Part shown: in pieces, positions 22,917 to 30,380 of the stretch
How the letters are laid out: each line of letters opens with the position of its first letter
How positions within the stretch are numbered: the stretch's first letter is position 1
IMG/VR virus record: IMGVR_UViG_3300027509_000010
Source: a virus
Reading direction: 5' to 3' (one strand)
Length of the DNA: 32,871 nt
The notes under the pieces: generated by a model
Databases searched by the model: none
What the model was told of the DNA's origin: nothing
The model's input: only the letters and a program-made list of their open reading frames with translations
Position numbers and translations under genes: made by a program

Positions 22917-23375
22917 ATGCGCATTCAACCTACATACCAAACCATCGGCGCGGAAGGTGTTGGTAACTGTATGCCAGCGTCTATTGCAACGATCACTGGC
23001 ATTGACCTGGCGGAGATTCCGCACTTCGTTGAGGCGGCGGTGGAGGCGGGGGCGGTGGCCGTTGATGGCTCCACCCTTGAGCCCATGGCCTGGCTCGGGG
23101 TGTTCGCCACGGTCCAGGGTTGGCTCACTCGGAACGGTTGGTCGCTCGATGTTGTCGAGCGCAACGGTGCGAGTCAGCTCGCTCACTCGGAGCCGGTGAT
23201 GTGCTTGGCGTTGGTGATGTCCCAACAGGTGGAGGGTGCCCCCCACGTCATCGTTGTGGATGGGGCGGGTCGTCAAGTGTGGGACCCCCAGTCGCTCAAT
23301 GAGCGAAGCTATCAGCCGGACGAGGTGCTGGCGATGGGGGCGGTGACCAAGCTGGCCTGGCCGCCTCGGGACTGA
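22917..23375 (+). CDS. Papain-fold cysteine peptidase, C39-like, 152 aa
   Basis: YQTIGAEGVGNCMPASIATITG fits a Gln...Cys nucleophile context, and APHVIVVDGAGRQVWDPQ fits a His...Asp context, as in peptidase C39-like domains. No signal peptide is present. It is a plus-strand gene with its own promoter-like element and terminator. Confidence 0.6.
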   Translation: MRIQPTYQTIGAEGVGNCMPASIATITGIDLAEIPHFVEAAVEAGAVAVDGSTLEPMAWLGVFATVQGWLTRNGWSLDVVERNGASQLAHSEPVMCLALVMSQQVEGAPHVIVVDGAGRQVWDPQSLNERSYQPDEVLAMGAVTKLAWPPRD

Positions 23376-23387
23376 GTCGGTGGGTGT

Positions 23388-23427
23388 GGGGGGGTGGGTG
23401 GATACCCACCCCCCCTCCTCGTTTTGG
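23388..23427 (+). terminator. Intrinsic terminator of the peptidase cassette
   Basis: gggggggtgggt (23388-23399), loop ggat, acccaccccccc (23404-23415), a 12-bp perfect stem, then tcctcgttttgg. The minus-strand version lacks a U tract. Confidence 0.65.
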
Positions 23428-23431
23428 TTGG

Positions 23432-23980
23432 TCATGTTGTGGCCTGGTTGATGAGTTGGGTGATGGGTTCGATGGCTCTGGTGTGGGTGGCTGGGAGTCC
23501 CAGGTGGTTTAGGTCTGGGTCTCGGACGGCGGCCTGGGTGAGGTGCCACAGCCAGAGGGCGTCCGCCTCGTCCTCGCTGTTGCCGTCGTAGTTCAGGCGC
23601 CGGACGGCGGCCAGGAGGACGTCGGTCTTGCTGGCGTTGCCCTTGCCAGTGGCGTAGGTCTTGATGGCCTGGGGTGGGACCTCCACGAACTGTATGCCTC
23701 GGAAGATGAGGCGCTTGCGGAGGATGCCTCCGAACTCGGCGAGGTCGTAGGCGCTGGAACCCTTGGCGTTGTAGGCGTATCGCTCGATGGCGACGAGGGT
23801 GGCTGGCTCGACTGCCTCGACCACGTCGGCGGCGAGGTTGTCGTATCGCTCGATGCGGAGGCGAGGGCTGGCGTCCTGGTCCTGGTGCTTGGTGCTGGTG
23901 TGGACGCTGGCCTCGCCTTGGGGGTTGATGACTCCGGTGGCTCGGATGCTGGGGTCGATGGCGGCGATGAGGTGGCTCAT
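23432..23980 (-). CDS. RuvC-like Holliday junction resolvase, 182 aa
   Basis: The start MSHLIAAIDPS supplies the catalytic Asp. VAIERYAY supplies the Glu, and NSEDEADALWL the C-terminal acidic pair. This is the typical RuvC-fold motif order. Confidence 0.8.
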   Translation of the reverse strand: MSHLIAAIDPSIRATGVINPQGEASVHTSTKHQDQDASPRLRIERYDNLAADVVEAVEPATLVAIERYAYNAKGSSAYDLAEFGGILRKRLIFRGIQFVEVPPQAIKTYATGKGNASKTDVLLAAVRRLNYDGNSEDEADALWLWHLTQAAVRDPDLNHLGLPATHTRAIEPITQLINQATT

Positions 23981-24015
23981 GGTGTTGGCTTTCTGTAGGT
24001 GGACTGGATGGTAGT

Positions 24016-24306
24016 TCGCGACACTCGCGACACTCGCGACAGGTGCGGCGGCCGCTCTGGGTGTCGCGAGTGTCGCGTGTCGCGTGGGGTTGCCGGAGGC
24101 CGGTGGGCTGACACGGTCACACAATCCCATAATCCCTGGAAACAACAGGGAGAGAGAGAGAGTTATCGTTTTGACCCTTTAACGCGACACGCGACTGGCG
24201 CGACACTTCGCCACTGTCAGCGGTTGCCTCGCGCTCTGGGTGGTCGGTGTCGCGTGGGTGTCGCGTCGGCTCCGGGACTGACGGAGGTGTCGCGAGGTGT
24301 CGCGAG
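24016..24306. repeat. Iteron-like array: 12 copies of (T)CGCGACAC / GTGTCGCG(A) flanking an AT-rich tract; candidate replication origin
   Basis: Forward copies lie at 24016-24042 (x3, tandem), 24183-24190 and 24199-24206. Inverted copies lie at 24061-24084 (x3), 24247-24254, 24258-24265, 24287-24296 and 24297-24306. The stretch 24121-24180 is 26/60 GC and includes (AG)6 at 24151-24162. Confidence 0.6.
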
Positions 24307-26978
24307 GCGTCCACGACGGTCTGGACGAGGAGGGTGGTGTCAGAGCACTGGAGCGCCCACTTAGCCACTCCGCTGGCCGTGGTCCCGGCCGGTGCCACCC
24401 AGCCCGCCACCACCAGCTCCAGGAGTGCCGCCTCGACGTCCTCGGCCTTGTGAGCTTTCCCTCCTGGCGAGCGCGGCCCGGTGCGGGTGATGTCTCGAAG
24501 GGTGTAGGTCTCGGTGGCCCTCTCGTCTCCGTTGCGCTTGGTTCGGCACCACCACTGGACCAGCTCGACGGCCAGAGTGACGTCGGCCTCCTCGGCGGTG
24601 CCGCATAGGTTGACGATGTGGGCGAGCCAGTACTGGCCCAGCTCGATGGCGGACTGGACGGTGGCCACACCTATGTCCGGCGCCGGGACCCTCCCCCCCT
24701 CCATCTCAATAGCGAGATGGAACAGGACGGCGGCCCTGGCGGTCGAGGACACCAGCTTGGGGATGTGGTCGGTGATGCGCCCCTCATATTCTCCGCCTGG
24801 CCGCTGCTTGACCTCCAGGGATTGATGCCACGCCAGGAACGTCCGCTGGGCGTCCGGGTCGAGGCGAAACTCCTGGGTGTCCGCCTTGGCGATGCGCTCC
24901 AGGAGCTGCTCCCACTCCGGCGCCAGGTGCGGCGGCGGTGCATTGAGGACGGTGCGGTCGGCGTAGCCAGGGACGAAATACGGTTCCGCTGGCATGAACC
25001 TCTGGGTGAGACCCCGCCCCGCATACTCGGCGTTCCGATAGATGCGGTGGGCCACGATGGGTTGCATGGCCAGGCTGATGACAGCGCGGGCGTTGTCCAC
25101 TATCAGCTCCCTCCCATCGGCGCGGTCCACGATGAGGCGGCCAGCGTCCCACCCTATGAGTAGGTTCTTGAGGGCCGGTGCCTTGCCTGGGTTGGCGTAG
25201 CGGTCGAGGGATTCCAGGAGGTCACCCTCGGAGCTGATGGCGTTGAGCTTGCCCCTGTTCCCGGCGAGGATGCGGACCATGCCCTCCGGGGTGAAGTCAT
25301 CAGACCAGAACTTTCGGACCTCGGGGATGTCGACCTCCACTCGTTGGCCGATGATGCGGACGGCCTCGTCCATGGCGGCGCCTTGCTCTGTTGGGTCCTT
25401 GGCCTTGGCCGCCCGCTGCTCCTCAATGGACAGGGCCTTGTCGAGGACCCTGGCCTTGGACTCTGCCTCTGCCCGGACCATAGAGGAGCGGGCGCCCACC
25501 CTGTCGGCGGTGGACTCCAGGCCCTTGATGAGTCTGGAGATGGTGGGCGACTTGCCGCCTCCGGTGCGCATCGCCAGGACCAGGTAGAGGTTGCATGGTT
25601 CGATCCAGCCGCCTCCGATGTGGATGGTGGCCCCCGACTCATTCCCGGCCGCTGACAGACAGGCGAGGGCTTTCTGCCCTGGGACGGCCAGTGGGGTCTT
25701 GAGGGCGTCGGAGATGGCGGTGGTGTAGGTGCCGACGATGCCGGGGAGGACGTGGACGGGGAACGCCGGGGGATGCCTACGGACGATAAGCGGCCGGGGT
25801 TGACCCTCCACTGGAGGTGCAGACTCCGCCCCCGTTTCGCCACTCTGGGTGGCGGAATCGGGTGAGCTCGCAGCTGCCGGCGCCACTGTCCGTGGGATTT
25901 CCTCGAGCAAATCGTGGGAGTGAGTGGACGACTCGGCGGCCTCCAGGAGCCACGCATCGGACTCCGCATTGAGGACAGCGGAGGCGGCGGTCGAGTGGTC
26001 CCCTCCGTGGTCGAGCGTCGCCATCAGACCAAAGGCGTCATACCAGCGGTCTTGCTCCAGCTTGTCATCGGCGGAGGAGTGACAGTTGAATGAGCCGTCC
26101 GGGTAGGTGGTGCCGGACTTGCCAGCGGTGTCCTTGCCTGGGCGGCGCCAGTGCTGTTGCCCAGGTGGCGCCCGGTCTGGCATTGGGGTCCAGCCGTGAC
26201 GGAGGAGGACCTCGGAGCATGGGGTCACGTCGTTGTAACGGTTCCCTGGTGTGTCCGCTCCATCGTGCTGGCGGAGCTGGTCCATGCGGCCGTGGTCGAC
26301 TGGCTCGGCGAGGAGGTAGGGCTCCAGGTCGTCCAGGTCGTAGGTGACAGGTGTGTCCTTGTAATGGGCGGCCACGGTGGGGGCGAGGCCGTCCACCTTG
26401 ATGTTGATGGTGCCGGGGAGTCGGAGGACTCTGTCCAGGTTGGACACGTTGTCGAGGTTGTATCCGGCCTGGACGAACCTGGCGTCCCATGTGTTGTGCC
26501 AGGCCCTGGAGAGGTCCGCGACGTCGGCGGCGTCCTGGGGCTCGGTGAATAGCCAGTAGAGGTGGAGGCCGTAGCCGGTGTCCACTACGGCGGATGGGCG
26601 GAGGGGGAACTCGGCGAGGATGGCGGCGGCCGCCTCTGGTGTCGGGTTGGGTAGCTGGCTGGGTTTGCGTTTGTGGGCCTGGTCGTGGTGGTAGTCCACG
26701 TCCAGCCAGAGTCCTGGGATGGTGACGACGTCGTCGCGGGTGCCGCGGCCCTCGACCACGTCGCGGCGGGTGCCTACCCCCCACCAGACGTTGTGCGTTC
26801 CGTGGAGGTCCTCGGCGACGATGTCGGCCAGGAGGTGGCGGTCGGCGACGGTGGCCCACTCGATGACCTGGTCCCCGGCGCCGTTGATGGCGAACAGGTT
26901 GAGGTATTCGTCCTGGGGGTGTTCGGAGTAGAGGAGGTCCAGCCAGTCGGTGAGTTGTTGGCGGTCGTCTGGTGTCAT
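24117..26978 (-). CDS. Bifunctional primase-polymerase (AEP/PrimPol) fused to a DUF3987-like P-loop helicase, 953 aa
   Basis: AEP motifs are LWLDVDY (DxD), DTGYGLHLYW (sGxGxHxY) and VLRLPGTIN. A Walker A motif MRTGGGKSPT lies downstream. The start MTPDDRQQL overlaps the upstream TGA as ATGA. Confidence 0.88.
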   Translation of the reverse strand: MTPDDRQQLTDWLDLLYSEHPQDEYLNLFAINGAGDQVIEWATVADRHLLADIVAEDLHGTHNVWWGVGTRRDVVEGRGTRDDVVTIPGLWLDVDYHHDQAHKRKPSQLPNPTPEAAAAILAEFPLRPSAVVDTGYGLHLYWLFTEPQDAADVADLSRAWHNTWDARFVQAGYNLDNVSNLDRVLRLPGTINIKVDGLAPTVAAHYKDTPVTYDLDDLEPYLLAEPVDHGRMDQLRQHDGADTPGNRYNDVTPCSEVLLRHGWTPMPDRAPPGQQHWRRPGKDTAGKSGTTYPDGSFNCHSSADDKLEQDRWYDAFGLMATLDHGGDHSTAASAVLNAESDAWLLEAAESSTHSHDLLEEIPRTVAPAAASSPDSATQSGETGAESAPPVEGQPRPLIVRRHPPAFPVHVLPGIVGTYTTAISDALKTPLAVPGQKALACLSAAGNESGATIHIGGGWIEPCNLYLVLAMRTGGGKSPTISRLIKGLESTADRVGARSSMVRAEAESKARVLDKALSIEEQRAAKAKDPTEQGAAMDEAVRIIGQRVEVDIPEVRKFWSDDFTPEGMVRILAGNRGKLNAISSEGDLLESLDRYANPGKAPALKNLLIGWDAGRLIVDRADGRELIVDNARAVISLAMQPIVAHRIYRNAEYAGRGLTQRFMPAEPYFVPGYADRTVLNAPPPHLAPEWEQLLERIAKADTQEFRLDPDAQRTFLAWHQSLEVKQRPGGEYEGRITDHIPKLVSSTARAAVLFHLAIEMEGGRVPAPDIGVATVQSAIELGQYWLAHIVNLCGTAEEADVTLAVELVQWWCRTKRNGDERATETYTLRDITRTGPRSPGGKAHKAEDVEAALLELVVAGWVAPAGTTASGVAKWALQCSDTTLLVQTVVDASRHLATPPSVPEPTRHPRDTDHPEREATADSGEVSRQSRVALKGQNDNSLSLPVVSRDYGIV

Positions 26979-27268
26979 CGGTTGTTTGTCCTCGACGGGT
27001 TGGGGCGGAGATGGAGTGGGGTGTGGATGGTGCCGTCCAGAAGCTCGAACGAGCAAGGACCGGAGGGGCCGCGGTAGTTGTCCCAGACGTCGGTGCCGTC
27101 GTAGAACCTGGGGAGGCCCAGGCGTTCGCGGGCGTCGGCGAAATACTCGTGGGGGAATTGGCCGTCGTCAATGATGAGGGGCTCCTCCAGGACTCGCCTG
27201 GCGCACTCCTCCAGACAGGGGTCACAATGACCCAGCGCCCTGGTGTGACGGCAGAATCTCGGAATCAC
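26975..27268 (-). CDS. Cys-rich hypothetical protein, 97 aa
   Basis: GTG start overlaps the upstream TGA as GTGA (27265-27268), and the stop overlaps the primase ATG. The motif is C-x8-C-x2-C-x3-C (CRHTRALGHCDPCLEEC). Confidence 0.6.
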   Translation of the reverse strand: MIPRFCRHTRALGHCDPCLEECARRVLEEPLIIDDGQFPHEYFADARERLGLPRFYDGTDVWDNYRGPSGPCSFELLDGTIHTPLHLRPNPSRTNNR

Positions 27269-27636
27269 TGGGCGGCCTCTCTGGGGAATTGGTAGTAGGT
27301 GGTGGCCGGGGTGGCGGCCTGGGTTGGTGTGAGTGGGTCTCCGTTGTCGTGGTGACCCAGGCAGGCGAGGACAGTGCCTGGCGATGCCTCGACGGTGGCG
27401 ATGACTCCGTGGGCGGTGAGACCCATGGCGGCGGGCGAGGTTCCCCAGGCGGCCAGGACGACGTCGGCGGCGCGTATCTCCTCGCTGGTCCTGGCTCGGT
27501 CCGGGTTGCCTCCCCATCTCCAGAGGTTGACGATGGCGAACGACTCGGCGCCCAGGCTGGCGGCGTGGTTGGCGGCGTGGCCCTGGGTGTCCTGGGTGCT
27601 GTCGAGTGGCTCCCAGGTCAGAAACAGGACCCTCAT
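27265..27636 (-). CDS. DUF1643-like protein, 123 aa
   Basis: The start MRVLFLTWEP overlaps the upstream TGA as ATGA. The pattern VLFL...IVNLW...VVLAAWG...ACLGHHDNGDPLTP resembles the DUF1643 signature as I remember it. Confidence 0.55.
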   Translation of the reverse strand: MRVLFLTWEPLDSTQDTQGHAANHAASLGAESFAIVNLWRWGGNPDRARTSEEIRAADVVLAAWGTSPAAMGLTAHGVIATVEASPGTVLACLGHHDNGDPLTPTQAATPATTYYQFPREAAQ

Positions 27637-27998
27637 GACTTGCGCCATGGGGAGAGGGTGACGACGGCCTGGGCTAGATGGCTGGGAGACTCGATGGCTA
27701 TGGCCACGCCGGTCACCATGTCGCTGATGTCGTTACCGTCGAGGGAGAGGCGATGGTCTGGCCCCTTGCTGGTGAGGATGAGGCGGCCCTCCCCCAGGTT
27801 GACGTGGAGGACTTCTGGAGTCAGGTCGACCACCTCGGTGACCTCGACCACTGGCGGGGGCATCTCGATGGGCCGGACCCTCTCGACCATCCTGGAGCTG
27901 GAGCACTCTGGGCAGTCGTAGACACGGAATTCGGCCTCCGTCCATCGTCGGCAGGCGAGGCACTTGAACCATCGGCGGAGGAGCTTGCGGTCTCTCAT
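27633..27998 (-). CDS. Zinc-ribbon protein, 121 aa
   Basis: N-terminal CLAC-x13-CPEC motif. ATGA overlaps occur at both ends. Confidence 0.7.
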   Translation of the reverse strand: MRDRKLLRRWFKCLACRRWTEAEFRVYDCPECSSSRMVERVRPIEMPPPVVEVTEVVDLTPEVLHVNLGEGRLILTSKGPDHRLSLDGNDISDMVTGVAIAIESPSHLAQAVVTLSPWRKS

Positions 27999-28813
27999 GC
28001 TGCTGTCCTTGTGAACACCAGGAGGCGCTCGGCGTCTCGCTCCCTCGTCGGAGACAGGCCGTATCCGGTGTCCGACTCGATGACGACCTCCTCGTCCAGC
28101 GCCCAGCCCATCGCCTCCAGTGTCGAGGTGTGCCAGCCGGGGACGTCCTGGAACACGTCGCCCTTATAGAAACCTTTCACGTTGAGGAGGAGCTGGCCGT
28201 TGGGCTTGACGAGCGGGGTGAATGCGGCCCAGGCGAGCCGGTGGAGGTCGCGGTAGTGGCGGCCCCAGTGGAGCGCCCCTCCGTTGCCGTGGGTGAGCTG
28301 GCGGCCCAGGTCGATGACGTACCCGAACCTGGACGTACCGTCTGGGAGTGTCGTGTCTGCTCCGCGGTTGCCGTAGGCGCATGAGGTGACGATGGCGTCC
28401 AGCTCTGGCCCCTTGCGCTTGTTCTCCAGGGCGGCCCGGTGGCGGTCGTAGGCCCAGAGGATGGAGTCGGCACACTCCGTGTCTGGGTGCATCGCCGCGT
28501 ACTCCGGTTCTAGCTCGGTGGCCAGGATGGTGAGCTGGTCGCGTTTGAGGCGGCCACGGAGCTGGTGGAGGTCGTGGATGCGTCCGCTCCCGGCGTAGGG
28601 GTCCCATATGGTTCCGCCGTCGAGGTGGAGGCTGATGGCGGCCAGGATGGCGTCGGAGTATTTCGCCCAGTGCTTGGAGGCCGGGAGCGGGGACGATGAG
28701 GCCCATGAGAGGCCGCAGTCGGAGCATCCAACAGAGCGGACGCTTTCCGCCTCGATGGTTCCGGGGCAGTTGGACTTGGGGCAGTTGGAGGCGAGCGCTG
28801 GGAGGTTGCTCAT
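27995..28813 (-). CDS. SAM-dependent methyltransferase (putative DNA MTase) with an N-terminal zinc ribbon, 272 aa
   Basis: Motif I is WDPYAGSG. An acidic residue ends beta-2 (ILATELE). The motif-IV position reads IVTSCAYGN instead of (D/N/S)PP(Y/F). The N-terminus carries CPKSNC...CSDCG. ATGA overlaps occur at both ends. Confidence 0.6.
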   Translation of the reverse strand: MSNLPALASNCPKSNCPGTIEAESVRSVGCSDCGLSWASSSPLPASKHWAKYSDAILAAISLHLDGGTIWDPYAGSGRIHDLHQLRGRLKRDQLTILATELEPEYAAMHPDTECADSILWAYDRHRAALENKRKGPELDAIVTSCAYGNRGADTTLPDGTSRFGYVIDLGRQLTHGNGGALHWGRHYRDLHRLAWAAFTPLVKPNGQLLLNVKGFYKGDVFQDVPGWHTSTLEAMGWALDEEVVIESDTGYGLSPTRERDAERLLVFTRTAA

Positions 28814-29361
28814 GAGTATCGGGCCTCCAGGCGATTGCGGGCGGCGCGGCCGATGTCGGAGATGACTTTGGTGATGGGGCTTGAGTAGTAGTTGACCCTG
28901 GGCTCCCAGCGGCCGTTGGTGTTTGGGGTCTCGGCCTCTGTGAGACAGTGCTCGGCCCAGGAGGCGAACACGGCGGCGCATTGGATTAGCTCCTCCTGGC
29001 GGAGGGTCGAGGCGGTCGATTCGTCCAGGGCCTCGCCGATCTCCTCCAGGGCGATCTCTAGCCACTCCTGGTCCCACCTCCCGGAGAAGTCGGTCCCCCA
29101 CTTGTCGTCCTGGCGGAGTCGCTCCTCGTGGATGGCGTCGATGACGTCCTGGGTATTCATGGTGTTTCTCCTTGGTAGGGTGGTGAGAGAGTGGGGGCGG
29201 TTGCAGACGAGGAGGCCGTCTATCTCCTGCCAGTTGGCCGGGGTCTTGGCCATGATGAGGGTGGACGGGTTGGCACCCCTGCCTCGGGGGGCGGTCCTGG
29301 ATGGGGCGAGGTGCTTGACCTGGCCGCATAGATCGCATTGCCAGCGGACGTGGATGGCCAT
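28810..29361 (-). CDS. MazG-like nucleotide pyrophosphohydrolase with an in-frame Cys-containing N-terminal extension (183 aa; alternative 116-aa product from ATG 29160)
   Basis: The MazG-like core is AIHEERLRQDDKWG...LEEIGEALDE. The ATG at 29361 overlaps the upstream stop by 1 nt. The in-frame ATG at 29160 is preceded by AAGGAG with 7-nt spacing. No stop codon lies between them. Confidence 0.7.
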   Translation of the reverse strand: MAIHVRWQCDLCGQVKHLAPSRTAPRGRGANPSTLIMAKTPANWQEIDGLLVCNRPHSLTTLPRRNTMNTQDVIDAIHEERLRQDDKWGTDFSGRWDQEWLEIALEEIGEALDESTASTLRQEELIQCAAVFASWAEHCLTEAETPNTNGRWEPRVNYYSSPITKVISDIGRAARNRLEARYS

Positions 29362-29768
29362 CAGTCGAGGTCCGCCCGATAGGGCAAGTCTGGAAGGTCG
29401 TAGTCCTCCTGGGATGGAGAGGCGCCGTATTCGATGAGGCAGGAGTCGCAAGTCCCGACCACGCCCTGGACCCCGCAGAGGTCACAGACAGGCGCGGCCG
29501 GGGCTTGCTGGCTCGGGGCGGGAGACTCGGAGGGGGAGTCCGTCTGTCCGTCCCGGCGTAGGTGCTCCACGTAGCACTGGGAGCCGCTGGGCTCCCCGTC
29601 TCGCGGGAGGCAGAAGATGGAGCCCTGGACGCCGACGATGGCCTTGGCCCCTGGGACTAGTTTGGCGTCGCAGAATGAGCAACGTGGGAGCGCCCTGGCC
29701 TCCTGGCGGAGGTGCTTGGCGATGGTCTCCAATTGTTGCGCCATCCCTGCGGTGGATGTTGTGCGCAT
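29361..29768 (-). CDS. Zinc-finger protein (ClpX-ZB-like C4 motif) with an acidic C-terminal tail, 135 aa
   Basis: CSFCDAK...GSIFCLPRDG...CYVEH resembles the ClpX-type zinc-binding domain. A second cluster is CDLCG...CDSC. The C-terminus is EDYDLPDLPYRADLD. Confidence 0.65.
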   Translation of the reverse strand: MRTTSTAGMAQQLETIAKHLRQEARALPRCSFCDAKLVPGAKAIVGVQGSIFCLPRDGEPSGSQCYVEHLRRDGQTDSPSESPAPSQQAPAAPVCDLCGVQGVVGTCDSCLIEYGASPSQEDYDLPDLPYRADLD

Positions 29769-29840
29769 AGCCCCCGCCCCAGGTCTCGCTCCTGGTGGCC
29801 GTCTCTGAACGGCGGCGGGGTGTCATCTACTCCGTAGCGC

Positions 29841-30380
29841 TTATCCGAGAAGCGACGCCGGAGCGACTGGTGGAGCCGCTGCTGGTGCAGGAGCTGGAGC
29901 CGCTGCTGGTGCAGGAGCTGGAGCCGCTGCTGGTGCAGGAGCTGGAGCCGCTGCTGGTGCAGGAGCTGGAGCCGCTGCTGGTGCAGGAGCTGGAGCCGCT
30001 GCCTCGGTGAGGTAGTGGCCCTTGGCGACGTCCAGGGTGAAACGCTTGGGGGCGTTCTGGCCAGGCTGGGCCTCGCCGTCCTCGGTGTAGATGAGGACGT
30101 GGCGGTCGCCGGACTCTGGCTTGGCCGCTGACAGGAGACTCTTGGCCATCCCCTGGCTGGCGGTGTACCAGAACAGTTGCGGCCATGGCGCCTCCGGGTC
30201 TCCCATTGCGATGCCGTCAGAGACCGGGGCCTCATGCTCGGCGCAACGGTAGAGGACCTGGGGCGAGCGCTTGCCCTTGTACTCGTTGACCTCCATGCGG
30301 ACGTACTCTCCGCCGATCCAGTCGCCCATACGGTGGGGCTTCCAGTAGTTGCTTGCTGTCTCGAATTCGGACCAGCTCAT
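29841..30380 (-). CDS. Hypothetical protein with a C-terminal (AAAPAPAP)n repeat, 179 aa
   Basis: ATGA overlap with the upstream gene. A globular N-terminal part of about 125 aa is followed by a perfect Ala/Pro repeat. Confidence 0.75.
   Translation of the reverse strand: MSWSEFETASNYWKPHRMGDWIGGEYVRMEVNEYKGKRSPQVLYRCAEHEAPVSDGIAMGDPEAPWPQLFWYTASQGMAKSLLSAAKPESGDRHVLIYTEDGEAQPGQNAPKRFTLDVAKGHYLTEAAAPAPAPAAAPAPAPAAAPAPAPAAAPAPAPAAAPAPAPAAAPPVAPASLLG
29872..30003. repeat. Perfect 24-bp tandem repeat, 5.5 copies (ggagccgctgctggtgcaggagct)
   Basis: Units at 29872, 29896, 29920, 29944 and 29968 are identical, and a 12-bp partial unit follows at 29992. On the minus strand they encode AAAPAPAP repeats. 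Confidence 0.95.

Noticed and set aside
24016-24084. Large palindrome downstream of the primase gene considered as an intrinsic terminator
   Set aside because: No U tract follows it on the minus strand. Its arms are made of the same motif that recurs eight more times nearby, so an iteron or operator interpretation fits better.
29769-29840. ccccgcc...ggcgggg inverted repeat in the gap between the 135-aa and 179-aa genes
   Set aside because: It is a 7-bp stem with a loop of about 34 nt and no T tract, so it is not convincing as a terminator or operator.
29872-30003. Tandem repeats (here and at 24016-24306) considered as a possible CRISPR array
   Set aside because: The units are contiguous, or 8-9 bp long, and have no unique spacers. 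One array is in-frame coding sequence, and no cas genes are present.
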